Assembly: GCA_022508985.1 (NCBI GenBank)
Contig: JAFLUA010000010.1
Span: forward strand, 7,476 to 71,475
Length of the DNA stretch: 64,000 bases
Direction: 5' to 3'
Origin: Muribaculaceae bacterium
GTDB lineage: Bacteria; Bacteroidota; Bacteroidia; Bacteroidales; Muribaculaceae
Shown here: positions 44,924-55,709 of the stretch, piece by piece
Position numbering within the stretch: position 1 is the stretch's first letter
Layout: each line of letters begins with the position of its first letter
The notes under the pieces: generated by a model
The model's database searches: none
What the model saw: the letters and a program-made list of their open reading frames with translations, nothing else
What the model was told of the DNA's origin: nothing
Made by a program: the position numbers and the translations under genes

Positions 44924-46438
44924 ATGAAGAAACTAACATTCCTATGCATGGCGGTAGTTCTTGCCACGGTATCGTTTGTCAGATGTAACTCTGATTATAC
45001 CGATGTCGAGAACTTGTCATCAAATATAGTTGTATATTCATTCAATCTCACCGCAGATGACAATGTACTTGAGAATCTCGATACAGTATTTTTTTCAATA
45101 GACCTTGATCGAAAAAGAATATATAATGCCGACTCTCTACCTTTCGGCACAAAGACAGATCGTCTTATTCCGGTTATTAGACTGGTCGAGACAGCGTCGA
45201 GAGCTACATTAACCGTGCATCGAGCCGATGGCACAGATTCCATCTACGATTATCTTACAAATTCTACCGACTCTATCGATTTTAGCAATGGACCTGTTAC
45301 ATTAGATGTAACATCTCCCAGCGGAGCAATAACGGGGTCTTATTCAATTTTCGTAAATGTACATCAACTCAAGACCGACTCACTCGTATGGAACGAATCG
45401 GCAAAGCGCCCTCTCCCTACTACGATTGAAAATCCCGTAACCCAACGCACCGTACAGACTGGTGACGGCGTGTACTGCCTTGTAATAGACGACGATAATT
45501 CAACAATAGCCTACTCGCAAAATCCCGGCAATGAAGACTGGGATATATACGCAATCGAGTTACCGACGAGTGCCGATGTCGCAACATTCTCAGCAACCGA
45601 CACCGATCTGTATATTCTTGCCAATGGCACTTTATATACTTCGGCCGACGGTGGCAAGACATGGAACTCTACCGGTGAAGAATGGTACAGCATATATGGC
45701 GGATATACAAATCGCATTACCGGTGTAAAAAAGACCGATGATGGCTACGTATTTGTAGAATATCCAACCGAGATTGAGCCTATGCCTATTCCCGAAGATA
45801 TGCCCGTATCTGACGTATCGGTTCCGCTGTCGTTTTCTTTTGCAATGAGTCCCGACCCTCAGATTATTATGGTTGGAGGCGTGCTTGCCGACGGTTCTTT
45901 AAGTAATGCAACGTGGGCTTTTGACGGCAAGAGCTGGGCTAAAATCTCTACCAAATCTCTCCCCGAAGGCATTAAAGGCATTACAGTTGTGCCATTTTTC
46001 TCATTCAGGGTAAATCGCACGTTTGTCGTAACAAAAGACTCTATCCTGTTGGCATTTGGCGGCATATGTAACGGCGAGCTCAATCGCACCGTATACGTTT
46101 CGTCAAATTATGGAATGACGTGGAACACGGGTGGCGAATTAGTACAACTACCTGAGCACGTACCTTCAATGGCATATGCTCAAGCATACGTTTACGAAAG
46201 TATACTTCCCTTTGAAGACGCCGCCGATGATTGGATTGACTTCGAAACATCATATCGCATTCCAGCAAACGCCTCTCTTTTATTCTATCCCGAAACGACG
46301 AGTCGAGCTACCGAAGATATCGACACGTGGCCTTGCCCATATATATATGTATTCGGTGGGGTATCGGAAGAAGGCCTCACATACAATACCGTATGGCGAG
46401 CTACCATCAATAGACTGACGTTTAAGCCTATCCTCTAA
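44924..46438 (+). CDS. Hypothetical lipoprotein with a beta-propeller-like C-terminal region
   Basis: Lipoprotein signal (..VSFVRCNS). Family not confidently recognised (possibly DUF6242-like). Confidence 0.5.
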   Translation: MKKLTFLCMAVVLATVSFVRCNSDYTDVENLSSNIVVYSFNLTADDNVLENLDTVFFSIDLDRKRIYNADSLPFGTKTDRLIPVIRLVETASRATLTVHRADGTDSIYDYLTNSTDSIDFSNGPVTLDVTSPSGAITGSYSIFVNVHQLKTDSLVWNESAKRPLPTTIENPVTQRTVQTGDGVYCLVIDDDNSTIAYSQNPGNEDWDIYAIELPTSADVATFSATDTDLYILANGTLYTSADGGKTWNSTGEEWYSIYGGYTNRITGVKKTDDGYVFVEYPTEIEPMPIPEDMPVSDVSVPLSFSFAMSPDPQIIMVGGVLADGSLSNATWAFDGKSWAKISTKSLPEGIKGITVVPFFSFRVNRTFVVTKDSILLAFGGICNGELNRTVYVSSNYGMTWNTGGELVQLPEHVPSMAYAQAYVYESILPFEDAADDWIDFETSYRIPANASLLFYPETTSRATEDIDTWPCPYIYVFGGVSEEGLTYNTVWRATINRLTFKPIL

Positions 46439-47155
46439 ATGACACACTGCCGCCGCATAACATTAGCAACGAAAGGCGCACGCGCAATTATTGCCATGTG
46501 CTTGTTGGCTACGTTTGCATACGGAGCTACGGCCCAATCGGCACCTTATAAATTCGATGCAGGCGCGCAAATCGGCATAAGCGGATATATAGGCGAAGCT
46601 AACGGGTCAAACATTTTCAAGCATCCGGGGTTTGACGGTGAATTATCATTACGATATATCGCCGATACTCGTTGGGCTATTCGCGGTGTGCTTTCAACAT
46701 TCGGGCTCAGTGGTAATACATCGGAAGTCAACAATGTGCTACCCGGAAATGCCTCATATTCATTCACTTCGCAAATTTTAGACCTTAGCGTGCGTGGCGA
46801 ATTCAATTTCTTTGCGTATGGTATAGGCGAAACTTATAAAAGACTTCGTCGCTGGACTCCTTATCTAACACTTGGAGTGGGCGCAGGCCTTGCATTGACA
46901 GGTGGCAAAGTGTATGCTGCGCCTATAATCCCAATGGGTTTAGGTGTGAAATATAAAATTGCCACACGTTGGAATATCGGAGCTGAATTTACTATGACAA
47001 AGTCGTTCAGCGACCATTTTGACGGCGCAAATCTCGCCGATCTAAATCTAATAAAGACAGCGTTCTACAAAAATACCGATTGGTACTCCCGACTAACAAT
47101 TGGGGTGTCATACGAATTTGGCGAGCGCTGCGAAACGTGCCATTATGTCGACTGA
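46439..47155 (+). CDS. Outer-membrane beta-barrel protein (possibly DUF6089 family)
   Basis: Signal peptide, alternating beta-strand pattern, and a position upstream of uppS-bamA as in many Bacteroidota. Confidence 0.6.
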   Translation: MTHCRRITLATKGARAIIAMCLLATFAYGATAQSAPYKFDAGAQIGISGYIGEANGSNIFKHPGFDGELSLRYIADTRWAIRGVLSTFGLSGNTSEVNNVLPGNASYSFTSQILDLSVRGEFNFFAYGIGETYKRLRRWTPYLTLGVGAGLALTGGKVYAAPIIPMGLGVKYKIATRWNIGAEFTMTKSFSDHFDGANLADLNLIKTAFYKNTDWYSRLTIGVSYEFGERCETCHYVD

Positions 47156-47161
47156 TTTAAT

Positions 47162-47908
47162 ATGACTAACGACATCCAAATAGATTACGCTAAGCTACCG
47201 TCCCATATTGCAATAATAATGGACGGGAATGGCCGTTGGGCTAAAGCTCGCGGTCTCGAACGCTCTGCCGGTCATATTGAGGGTGTAAAATCAGTCCGTC
47301 GTATCACAGAAGAGGCCGCTCGGTTGGGAGTGAAATTCTTGACGCTGTATACTTTCTCAACAGAGAATTGGAATAGGCCCCAAGATGAAGTTGATGCATT
47401 GATGTCTCTAATCGTCAGTGCTATAGAACGAGAAACACCCGACCTCATCAAAAACAACATACGGCTACGCGCCATAGGCAACCTTGAACGAGTGCCATCG
47501 TATGCTCTAAACAGACTCAAAAAATGCATTGAAGACACATCGCATTGCACAGGCCTTACTTTAGTGGTGGCCCTAAGCTATTCCGCACGCTGGGAAATAG
47601 TCGAAGCGGTGCGTAAAATGGCTAACGATGCTATTAGTGGCACTCTCAACCCCGAAAATATTAGCGAAGAAACAATCTCTGAATATTTAACCACCGCTCA
47701 AATGCCCGACCCCGATCTCTTGATACGAACAGGTGGCGATATGAGAATTAGTAATTTTTTACTTTATCAGATTGCTTATACCGAAATAATCGTCACCCCG
47801 ACATATTGGCCTGATTATAGCGGCGAGGAATTTAGAGCTAACATTGCCCAATACCAAAGTCGGCAACGTAGGTTTGGATTAACCGGAGACCAAATAGAAA
47901 CTACATAA
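47162..47908 (+). CDS. uppS: Undecaprenyl diphosphate synthase
   Basis: IIMDGNGRWA and RTGGDMRISNFLLYQ motifs. Confidence 0.9.
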   Translation: MTNDIQIDYAKLPSHIAIIMDGNGRWAKARGLERSAGHIEGVKSVRRITEEAARLGVKFLTLYTFSTENWNRPQDEVDALMSLIVSAIERETPDLIKNNIRLRAIGNLERVPSYALNRLKKCIEDTSHCTGLTLVVALSYSARWEIVEAVRKMANDAISGTLNPENISEETISEYLTTAQMPDPDLLIRTGGDMRISNFLLYQIAYTEIIVTPTYWPDYSGEEFRANIAQYQSRQRRFGLTGDQIETT

Positions 47909-47948
47909 CACACTATTTATTCAGAAAAAGGTAGCACATAAATATATT

Positions 47949-50582
47949 ATGCGATCAAAGATAATTCTGCTAACAGCATTCCTCTCCATACTGCTTGCAA
48001 CGAACTTCGAAAGTTCGGCGCAAACTGCTAATGATACCATCTATGCGCCAACGGTGCTCTACACCGCTATGCCGCGTACGTATGAAATCGCCGACATAAA
48101 AGTTGAAGGAGCTCCTAACTATGACGAGTTTTTGATTTTAGGTTATGCAGGATTAAAAGTGGGCGACCGAGTTGCTATCCCGGGCGACGATATTACAAAT
48201 GCTGTCAAACGCCTCATGCATCAAACACTATTTGCACAAGCAAGAATAGAACTTGAAAAAACAGTAGGCGACAAAGCTTGGCTCAAAATTGCTCTCCGCA
48301 CTCAACCCCGTATTGGCACCGTAAACTACCTTGGCGCTAAAAAGGGCGAAATAAAAGAACTTCAGGAAAAGCTCAATCTTACCAAAGGTAATCAAATAAC
48401 ACAGAATATCGTAAACCGCATTGAAGCTATTGTTAAGAAATATTACAACGATAAAGGGTTTGGCAACGCAACTGTAAAGGTTAATCTCCATGAGGATTTA
48501 TCTCATGAAAATGAGACTATTGTTGATATCGTTATCGACAAAAATAACAAAGTTAAAGTACACAAAATCTACATTGACGGCAATAGCGTATTGTCCGACC
48601 GTGCCATCAAACGGACAATGAAGAAAACAAATGAGAAAACGGATATTCTCAAAATATTCAGCCAGAAAAAATTCATTGTAAACGATTATGAAGATGACAA
48701 AAACCGCATTCTTGATAAATACAATGAAAAAGGCTATCGCGATGCTCGTATTCTTGCCGATAGCGTCGTACCATACGACGATAACAACGTCGATGTCTAT
48801 TTATCGGTTGAAGAAGGTCGTAAATTCTATATCAAAGACATAAAATGGGTTGGCAACACAATATATCCCAATGAGATACTCGACGCATATCTCGAAATGA
48901 AACCGGGTGACGTGTACAATCAAAAACACCTGCGCAAACGCTTGAATGAAGATGAAGATGCCGTCTCTAATTTATATATGGACAAAGGCTACCTCTTCTA
49001 TCAGCTCGTGCCTATCGAGAAAGAAATTGAAGGCGATTCCATTTCGTTGGAGATGCGTATGATGGAAGGGCCGCAAGCCCGTATCAATAACGTGGTGATT
49101 AATGGTAACGACCGCCTATACGAAAAGGTTGTGCGCCGTGAATTGCGCGTGCGTCCCGGTGAGCTCTTCAGCAAAAGCGACCTCATGCGTTCGGCTCGTG
49201 AAATTGCCACCTCAGGCCATTTCGACCCTGAAAAGATGGATATTCAACCTGAGCCTAACGAAGAAAATGGCACCGTCGACATTATTTTTAATCTTGAAAC
49301 AAAAAACAACGACCAAGTTGAATTGTCGCTCGGCTGGGGCCAAACCGGCATCATTGGTAAGGTACAGCTTAAATTCTCCAATTTTTCAATTAAGAATATA
49401 TTTTACCCGAGTAGATACCACGGTATAATACCTCAAGGCGAAGGACAGACATTCTCGATTAGTGCTCAGACAAATGCGAGATATTACCAGTCATACTCCA
49501 TATCGTTCCTCGACCCGTGGTTTGGTGGCAAGCGCCCCAACTCGCTATCGGTGTCGGCTTATTATAGCCGTCAGACAGGCGTGAACTCGTCATTCTATAA
49601 CAATTCATGGGCCAACTCTTCTATCTGGGGCACCGGGTTGGGATATTATCCCGGTTATACCTACGGATATGACGACTACTACCAAAACAGCTACCAAAAT
49701 TCTCTCGACCCCAACAAAGTGCTTCAGATGGTGGGCGTTAATGTCGGTTTTGGCAAGCGACTCAAGTGGCCTGACGACTATTTTACCTTCACGGCCGAAT
49801 TGGGATACAACTGGTATTACCTTAAAAATTGGGACTACCTATATTATATGAACAATGGCACATCGAATGCTATTGTGCTCGGTCTTACGTTGGCTCGAAA
49901 CTCTATCGACAACCCGATATACACACGTAGCGGTTCTACATTCTCCCTTAACTTGCAGATTACGCCTCCGGCAGAACTATTCACAGGAAAACGTGATTGG
50001 AAGAAACTTTCAGAAGAAAATACCATCGAGTCGAAAAAACAGCTTTATCAGTGGATTGAATATTGGAAATTGCGTTTCAAATCGCGCACCTATACCCCAC
50101 TATCAACAAGCCAACAATGGACTCCGGTATTGATGACACGTTTTGACTTCGGTATAATCGGAAGCTTCAACAAGTATCTTAAAACGCCGTTTGAAACATT
50201 CTACGTTGGCGGCGACGGCATGTCGGGCTCTTATACCTACGCAACAGAAACGATCGGTCTGCGTGGCTACGACAACGGCTCACTCACACCATGGCAACGC
50301 GATGGATATGCCTACACGCGTATGGGCCTTGAAATACACTTCCCTCTCATGTTGCAACAGTCAACAACAATTTATGCACTGGGATTTGTTGAAGGTGGTA
50401 ACGCTTGGACATCTCTTGGCGAGTTCAACCCATTCTCACTCAAACGCTCGGCCGGATTTGGCGCTCGTATCCTACTGCCTATGGTTGGCTTGATGGGTAT
50501 CGACTGGGCTTATGGTTTCGACCGTGTTGATGGCGTTCGCGGTGGTAGTCACTTCCACTTTATTCTCGGCCAAGAATTCTAA
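47949..50582 (+). CDS. bamA: Outer membrane protein assembly factor BamA
   Basis: 877 aa with a signal peptide, POTRA repeats, an Omp85 barrel, and a terminal ..ILGQEF. Confidence 0.9.
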   Translation: MRSKIILLTAFLSILLATNFESSAQTANDTIYAPTVLYTAMPRTYEIADIKVEGAPNYDEFLILGYAGLKVGDRVAIPGDDITNAVKRLMHQTLFAQARIELEKTVGDKAWLKIALRTQPRIGTVNYLGAKKGEIKELQEKLNLTKGNQITQNIVNRIEAIVKKYYNDKGFGNATVKVNLHEDLSHENETIVDIVIDKNNKVKVHKIYIDGNSVLSDRAIKRTMKKTNEKTDILKIFSQKKFIVNDYEDDKNRILDKYNEKGYRDARILADSVVPYDDNNVDVYLSVEEGRKFYIKDIKWVGNTIYPNEILDAYLEMKPGDVYNQKHLRKRLNEDEDAVSNLYMDKGYLFYQLVPIEKEIEGDSISLEMRMMEGPQARINNVVINGNDRLYEKVVRRELRVRPGELFSKSDLMRSAREIATSGHFDPEKMDIQPEPNEENGTVDIIFNLETKNNDQVELSLGWGQTGIIGKVQLKFSNFSIKNIFYPSRYHGIIPQGEGQTFSISAQTNARYYQSYSISFLDPWFGGKRPNSLSVSAYYSRQTGVNSSFYNNSWANSSIWGTGLGYYPGYTYGYDDYYQNSYQNSLDPNKVLQMVGVNVGFGKRLKWPDDYFTFTAELGYNWYYLKNWDYLYYMNNGTSNAIVLGLTLARNSIDNPIYTRSGSTFSLNLQITPPAELFTGKRDWKKLSEENTIESKKQLYQWIEYWKLRFKSRTYTPLSTSQQWTPVLMTRFDFGIIGSFNKYLKTPFETFYVGGDGMSGSYTYATETIGLRGYDNGSLTPWQRDGYAYTRMGLEIHFPLMLQQSTTIYALGFVEGGNAWTSLGEFNPFSLKRSAGFGARILLPMVGLMGIDWAYGFDRVDGVRGGSHFHFILGQEF

Positions 50583-50643
50583 TGAACTAAACCTTTACGA
50601 TATTTGTTCATCTTATATATAGAACACCTAAACAACGATTGAC

Positions 50644-51159
50644 ATGAAGAAAACAGCAATAACTCTTGTCTTTGCCCTTATGGCAATAGTTGCAGCATCT
50701 GCACAGAAATTTGCGCTTGTAGATATGGAATATATCTTCCGTAATGTTCCGGCTTACGAAATGGCCAACGAGCAGCTAAATCAATTGTCTCAACGCTGGC
50801 AAAAAGAAGTTGAAGCAGTGGGCAAAGAAGCAGAGACTATGTATAACAACTACCTTGCCGACAAGGTATTCCTAACCGAGGAACAAGTAAAAAAACGCGA
50901 AGAAGAAATCGTTGCTAAAGAAAAAGAAGCAACAGAACTTCGATATAAATATTTCGGCCCTGAAGGCGAACTCTATCAAAAACGCCAGACACTTCTCAAA
51001 CCCATACAAGACGATGTATATAACGCCGTTAAAAAAGTTGCCGAAGAGCGTGGATATCAAACAATCTTCGACCGTGCATCATCGTCCGACATTGTTTATG
51101 CTTCTCCTCGCATCGATATTAGTAACGAAGTACTCGCTAAATTGGGATATTCAAAATAA
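50644..51159 (+). CDS. skp: OmpH/Skp-family periplasmic chaperone
   Basis: Signal peptide, coiled-coil-rich OmpH-like sequence, downstream of bamA. Confidence 0.85.
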   Translation: MKKTAITLVFALMAIVAASAQKFALVDMEYIFRNVPAYEMANEQLNQLSQRWQKEVEAVGKEAETMYNNYLADKVFLTEEQVKKREEEIVAKEKEATELRYKYFGPEGELYQKRQTLLKPIQDDVYNAVKKVAEERGYQTIFDRASSSDIVYASPRIDISNEVLAKLGYSK

Positions 51160-51218
51160 ATTCCTTAATTTTGCACAAGAAACAAATTAAAAAATCAAAC
51201 ATATAACATCAAACAATT

Positions 51219-51722
51219 ATGTTCAAGAAAGTAATTCTTGCTGTAGCGCTTGCCCTTCCGTTCAGCGCTTTCGCACAAAAATTCGGTACTATCGACCTTG
51301 AATCTGTTTTTCAAGCAATGCCAGAAACTGCTGCTATGCAGACTCAGCTGACTGATACTTCTAAGAAATACGAAGAAGAGTTTGCTAAACTTCAAGAAGA
51401 AGTAAACAAATTATACGCCGAATTCCAAAACATCCAGAACGACGCCAACACTCCCGAATCTATAAAAGAACGTCGTATACAAGAGATTCAGGAACGTGCA
51501 CAAAAAGTAGAACAGTTCCGCAATACTGCTCAACAAGATCTCGCACGCCTCCAAGAAACTCTCATGGCCCCGATTCAGTCTAAAATCCAAGATGCTGTTA
51601 AAGCCGTTGGCGCTGAAGGTTCGTTCACATTCATTTTCCCGCATGAAGAAGGATTGCTCCTCTACACCGGAAATGATGTTGTCGACGTTACTCCACAAGT
51701 TCGCGCTAAATTAGGTCTCTAA
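51219..51722 (+). CDS. skp: OmpH/Skp-family periplasmic chaperone (second copy)
   Basis: Same evidence as the first copy; a tandem paralogue. Confidence 0.85.
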   Translation: MFKKVILAVALALPFSAFAQKFGTIDLESVFQAMPETAAMQTQLTDTSKKYEEEFAKLQEEVNKLYAEFQNIQNDANTPESIKERRIQEIQERAQKVEQFRNTAQQDLARLQETLMAPIQSKIQDAVKAVGAEGSFTFIFPHEEGLLLYTGNDVVDVTPQVRAKLGL

Positions 51723-51742
51723 TATATTATAAATATAATGCT

Positions 51743-51780
51743 ACGGTCGGGCAGTTGTGCTCGACCGTTGTATTTGTTTA
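51743..51780 (+). terminator. Hairpin ACGGTCG-N12-CGACCGT followed by a T-rich tract
   Basis: 7-bp GC-rich stem 21 nt after the skp stop. Confidence 0.5.
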
Positions 51781-51914
51781 CTTTTCATTGGTGGCGCATA
51801 AAAAAGTAATTTTTTTTGCTACAGATTTGCAATATTTTTGTAATTTTGCATTAGTTGTTCAATAACAGTGTTGCAGACCTATCTCCTTAATCTTAGAAAA
51901 ACTACAATAAGCTT

Positions 51915-52379
51915 ATGTCACGCCAATATTTTGACAAACTCGATCTCACTATACTCAATGCTTTGTGCGAAAACGCACGTACCCCCTATCTTGAAATAGC
52001 ACGCGATTATGGCGTTTCCGGAGCTGCCGTACATCAGCGCGTACAACGCTTATTAGCAAATAATGTAATAATCGGTTCTCACTGCGACGTCGACCCTACA
52101 ACAATAGGCTTTAATGTCGTTGCTTATTTGGGCATCTGTGCAAGGCCCGGCAGCGACATCAATAAACTTGTTGACGAAATCGCTAAAATAAAAGAAATAA
52201 CCGAGTGCCACATTGTCACTGGACGATATGACTTGATTGTGAAGCTTAATGCACGTAGCAACTCCGACATACTCGAAATAATACAAGAACGTATGCGCCC
52301 GCTCGAAATTGTATCGACCGAAACGATGGTGTCGTTCCGCGAAGCTTTCAAGCGTCCTTTACCTGTTGAAAACGAATAA
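51915..52379 (+). CDS. Lrp/AsnC-family transcriptional regulator
   Basis: N-terminal HTH (LDLTILNAL..NARTPYLEIA) plus a RAM/ACT-like C-terminal domain. Confidence 0.85.
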   Translation: MSRQYFDKLDLTILNALCENARTPYLEIARDYGVSGAAVHQRVQRLLANNVIIGSHCDVDPTTIGFNVVAYLGICARPGSDINKLVDEIAKIKEITECHIVTGRYDLIVKLNARSNSDILEIIQERMRPLEIVSTETMVSFREAFKRPLPVENE

Positions 52380-52401
52380 CACATCTAAATAACAATATTA
52401 C

Positions 52402-52427
52402 GACTCTCCGCAAGGAGAGTTTTTTTA
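52402..52427 (+). terminator. Rho-independent terminator GACTCTCC-GCAA-GGAGAGT + TTTTTTT
   Basis: Perfect 7-bp stem and a 7-T run, 23 nt after the Lrp stop. Confidence 0.6.
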
Positions 52428-52714
52428 TCTTCATATCTTACAATATATGTCATTTTACAGCTCTTAAATCATATTTAACCAGTAATAAAAAAGCAGCTTT
52501 GATATCGTTGTAGAAACGCCTAAACAATTAGCCTATATATTAGGCGACAAAATGAAAATTCGATTGATATATTTTATATAAAGTTTGCGCTTATGCCAAA
52601 GATTTTGCTTAATTTTGCAAACGGAAGACCGATGGTCGGAAGTATGCAGAGGCATACGCCAGCCATCAGGCTCGATTTTATTAGAATTTATTAATTCTCA
52701 ACATATTAACAGCT

Positions 52715-53134
52715 ATGGATATTTCACATATCGAACACATCGGCATTGCAGTGCCTTCATTGGACGAAGCAATTCCATTTTACGAAAACATTTTAGGCTT
52801 CAAATGCTTTGCCATTGAAGAAGTTGCCGACCAGAAAGTACGCACAGCGTTTTTCAAAGTAGGCCAAACAAAATTAGAACTTCTTGAAGGAACAAGCGAA
52901 GACAGCGCTATATCGAAATTCATTGCAGCCAACGGTGGCCGTGGCGGAATACAACACATCGCCTTTGCTGTTGAAGATGGCGTAGCTAACGCTCTCGCTG
53001 AAGTAGAAACTAAAGGTTGCCGTCTCATCGACAAGGCACCACGTAAAGGAGCCGAAGGTCTTAACATCGCCTTCTTGCATCCTAAGTCGACTGTAGGTAC
53101 GCTTATAGAACTTTGCGAAGATCCTAACAAGTAA
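52715..53134 (+). CDS. mce: Methylmalonyl-CoA epimerase (VOC/glyoxalase fold)
   Basis: IEHIGIAV..., ..GGIQHIAF.. motifs, located upstream of the mmd operon. Confidence 0.85.
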   Translation: MDISHIEHIGIAVPSLDEAIPFYENILGFKCFAIEEVADQKVRTAFFKVGQTKLELLEGTSEDSAISKFIAANGGRGGIQHIAFAVEDGVANALAEVETKGCRLIDKAPRKGAEGLNIAFLHPKSTVGTLIELCEDPNK

Positions 53135-53203
53135 TAAAAATTACAACAGAGAAGTCCTCACACACCTTGTGGCAGGACTTTTCGTCATATTATACATAAA
53201 CCA

Positions 53204-54757
53204 ATGAGCAATCAACTCGAAAAAGTAAAAGAACTCATCGAGCTACGCGCCGAAGCGCGACTCGGAGGTGGCGAAAAAGCCATTGAAAAACAACATGAGC
53301 GTGGAAAATACACTGCTCGTGAGCGTATAGCACAACTTCTTGACGAAGGTTCGTTTGAAGAACTCGATATGTTTGTGCGCCATCGTTGCACTAACTTCGG
53401 TCAGGAAAAGAAATCATATCTTGGCGACGGTGTCGTTACCGGTTATGGTACGATTGAAGGCCGCCTTGTGTATGTCTTTGCACAAGACTTCACCGTATTC
53501 GGAGGTTCTCTTTCCGAAACTATGGCATTGAAAATATGCAAAGTGATGGATATGGCAATGAAGATGGGTGCTCCTGTTATCGGCCTTAACGATTCCGGTG
53601 GTGCTCGTATTCAAGAAGGCATCAACGCTCTTGCCGGTTATGCCGAAATCTTCCAACGCAATATCATGGCATCGGGCGTTGTACCCCAGATATCTGCTAT
53701 CCTTGGCCCATGTGCCGGTGGCGCCGTGTACTCCCCTGCCCTTACCGACTTCACAATCATGGCCAAAGGCATTTCGTATATGTTCCTCACAGGCCCGAAA
53801 GTTGTAAAAACTGTTACCGGTGAAGACGTAAGCCAAGAAACTCTCGGTGGTGCCGAAGTTCACTCTCAGAAGAGCGGCGTTTGCCACTTTGCTGCCGAAG
53901 ATGGCGAAGATGCTTTACGCATTATCCGCAAACTTTTCGGTTTCATTCCGCAAAACAACCTCGAAGAGCCGCCATTGGTTGAATGTAACGACCCCATCGA
54001 CCGCCTTGAAGACTCTCTTAACGAAATCATACCCGACTCGGCTAATCGCCCATACGACATGTATGAAGTTATCGGTGCTATCATCGACAATGGCGAATTC
54101 CTTGAAGTACAGCGCGACTATGCTAAGAATATCATCGTAGGTTTTGCTCGCTTCAACGGACAGGCTGTCGGCATCGTTGCCAACCAGCCCAAGTATCTTG
54201 CCGGCGTGCTCGATTGCAATGCTTCGCGAAAAGGCGCTCGTTTCGTTCGTTTCTGCGACGCGTTCAACATTCCGTTGGTAACTCTTGTCGACGTTCCGGG
54301 ATTCCTCCCAGGCACAGGCCAAGAATACAATGGTGTAATTTTACATGGTGCTAAGTTGCTATATGCTTTTGGCGAAGCTACTGTGCCCAAAGTAACTGTT
54401 ACTCTCCGCAAGAGCTACGGTGGCAGCCACATCGTGATGAGCTGTAAACAACTACGCGGCGACATGAACTACGCATGGCCTACGGCCGAAATCGCTGTTA
54501 TGGGTGGTGCCGGTGCTGTTGAAGTTCTTTACGCTAAAGAAGCTAAAGAAAGCGACAATCCCGCTCAAGTGCTTGCAACTCGCGAAGCAGAATATAACAA
54601 ATTGTTCTGCAACCCCTACAATGCTGCTAAATACGGTTATATCGACGACGTTATCGAACCTCGCAATACTCGTTTCCGCATTATCCGCGCATTGCAACAA
54701 CTCGCTACCAAAAAGGTTGTCAACCCCGCTAAAAAGCACGGTAACATTCCGCTCTAA
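53204..54757 (+). CDS. mmdA: Methylmalonyl-CoA decarboxylase alpha subunit (carboxyltransferase)
   Basis: 517-aa acyl-CoA carboxyltransferase with two crotonase-like halves. Confidence 0.9.
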   Translation: MSNQLEKVKELIELRAEARLGGGEKAIEKQHERGKYTARERIAQLLDEGSFEELDMFVRHRCTNFGQEKKSYLGDGVVTGYGTIEGRLVYVFAQDFTVFGGSLSETMALKICKVMDMAMKMGAPVIGLNDSGGARIQEGINALAGYAEIFQRNIMASGVVPQISAILGPCAGGAVYSPALTDFTIMAKGISYMFLTGPKVVKTVTGEDVSQETLGGAEVHSQKSGVCHFAAEDGEDALRIIRKLFGFIPQNNLEEPPLVECNDPIDRLEDSLNEIIPDSANRPYDMYEVIGAIIDNGEFLEVQRDYAKNIIVGFARFNGQAVGIVANQPKYLAGVLDCNASRKGARFVRFCDAFNIPLVTLVDVPGFLPGTGQEYNGVILHGAKLLYAFGEATVPKVTVTLRKSYGGSHIVMSCKQLRGDMNYAWPTAEIAVMGGAGAVEVLYAKEAKESDNPAQVLATREAEYNKLFCNPYNAAKYGYIDDVIEPRNTRFRIIRALQQLATKKVVNPAKKHGNIPL

Positions 54758-54758
54758 T

Positions 54759-55685
54759 ATGAAAAAGATAATATCAACAATAGCCCTGACTCTTTTGATG
54801 CTTGCGCCCGTGTTGGCTTCGGCTCAAACGCGCGACGCTCTACGCATCAATGAGGTGATGGTGGTTAACGACAATAGTCTTGTCGATGAATATGGAAATA
54901 CGAGTGCTTGGATTGAACTTTTCAACTCCAATTTCGCACCACTCGAAATTTCAAAAATATTCATTACCAACGACAAAAATAATCCGAGAAAATATCCTGT
55001 TCCGCTTGGCGATGTAAACACTCGTATTTCAAAACGCCAACACGTTGTATTTTTTGCCGACGGTGAGCCAAATAGAGGCACATTCCACACCAACTTCACA
55101 TTGATTCCTGGTGAAGAAAACTGGATTGGAATTTATGACGCCGATGGTAAGACTCTCATCGACCAGGTTACCATTCCTGCTACATTAGAGCCTAATCATT
55201 CATGGGCGCGCACTCAAGACGGAACCGGAGAATGGGCAATTCGCACCGGTGGTGAAAGCGATTACATCACTCCTTCGAGTGCCAATGTCATTACCGACAC
55301 CAACTCCAAAATACAACTATTTGCCGAAAACGACGAACATGGATTCGGCATAACACTGATGGCTATGTGCATCGTGTTCAGCGCGCTACTCGTTTTGTGC
55401 CTTAGCTTCTACGCTATCGGCAAAATTGGAGGCGCTATATCTAAGATGAATAAATTCCGCTCGCATGGCGTTACTCGCAGCGAAGCTAAAGAACTTGAGC
55501 ACTTATCTTCTCACGATTCAGGCGAAGAAATAGCCGCTATCGTTCTTGCTCTACACGAACATCTTAACGCACACGACACAGAAAGCACAATATTGACTAT
55601 CAACAAAGTTAAGCGTGCTTACTCGCCTTGGAGCTCCAAAATTTACAGCCTGCGCGAAATACCCGAACATCGCCGTGCTAAATAA
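54759..55685 (+). CDS. Lamin-tail-domain (LTD) protein fused to an OadG/MmdD-like membrane anchor
   Basis: ORF 54504.. trimmed to ATG 54759 (MKKIISTIALTLLMLAPVLASAQ signal). It has an LTD-like INEVMV..AWIELFN.. region and a TM helix GITLMAMCIVFSALLVLCL, and lies between mmdA and the biotin carrier. Confidence 0.65.
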   Translation: MKKIISTIALTLLMLAPVLASAQTRDALRINEVMVVNDNSLVDEYGNTSAWIELFNSNFAPLEISKIFITNDKNNPRKYPVPLGDVNTRISKRQHVVFFADGEPNRGTFHTNFTLIPGEENWIGIYDADGKTLIDQVTIPATLEPNHSWARTQDGTGEWAIRTGGESDYITPSSANVITDTNSKIQLFAENDEHGFGITLMAMCIVFSALLVLCLSFYAIGKIGGAISKMNKFRSHGVTRSEAKELEHLSSHDSGEEIAAIVLALHEHLNAHDTESTILTINKVKRAYSPWSSKIYSLREIPEHRRAK

Positions 55686-55709
55686 CCACTATCAATAAAA
55701 TAAAATACG

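Noticed and set aside
54504-54758. N-terminal extensions of listed ORFs (54504 for the LTD-OadG gene; also 3797-3892 nqrA, 35600-35677 uvrA, 25997-26044 pgi, 15603-15632 GHKL gene, 42576-42626 ssb, 57378-57437 TonB receptor, 41008-41073 flavodoxin).
   Set aside because: The extensions overlap the upstream gene or lack family-typical N-termini. Internal ATGs give canonical N-termini or signal peptides and sensible intergenic spacing.
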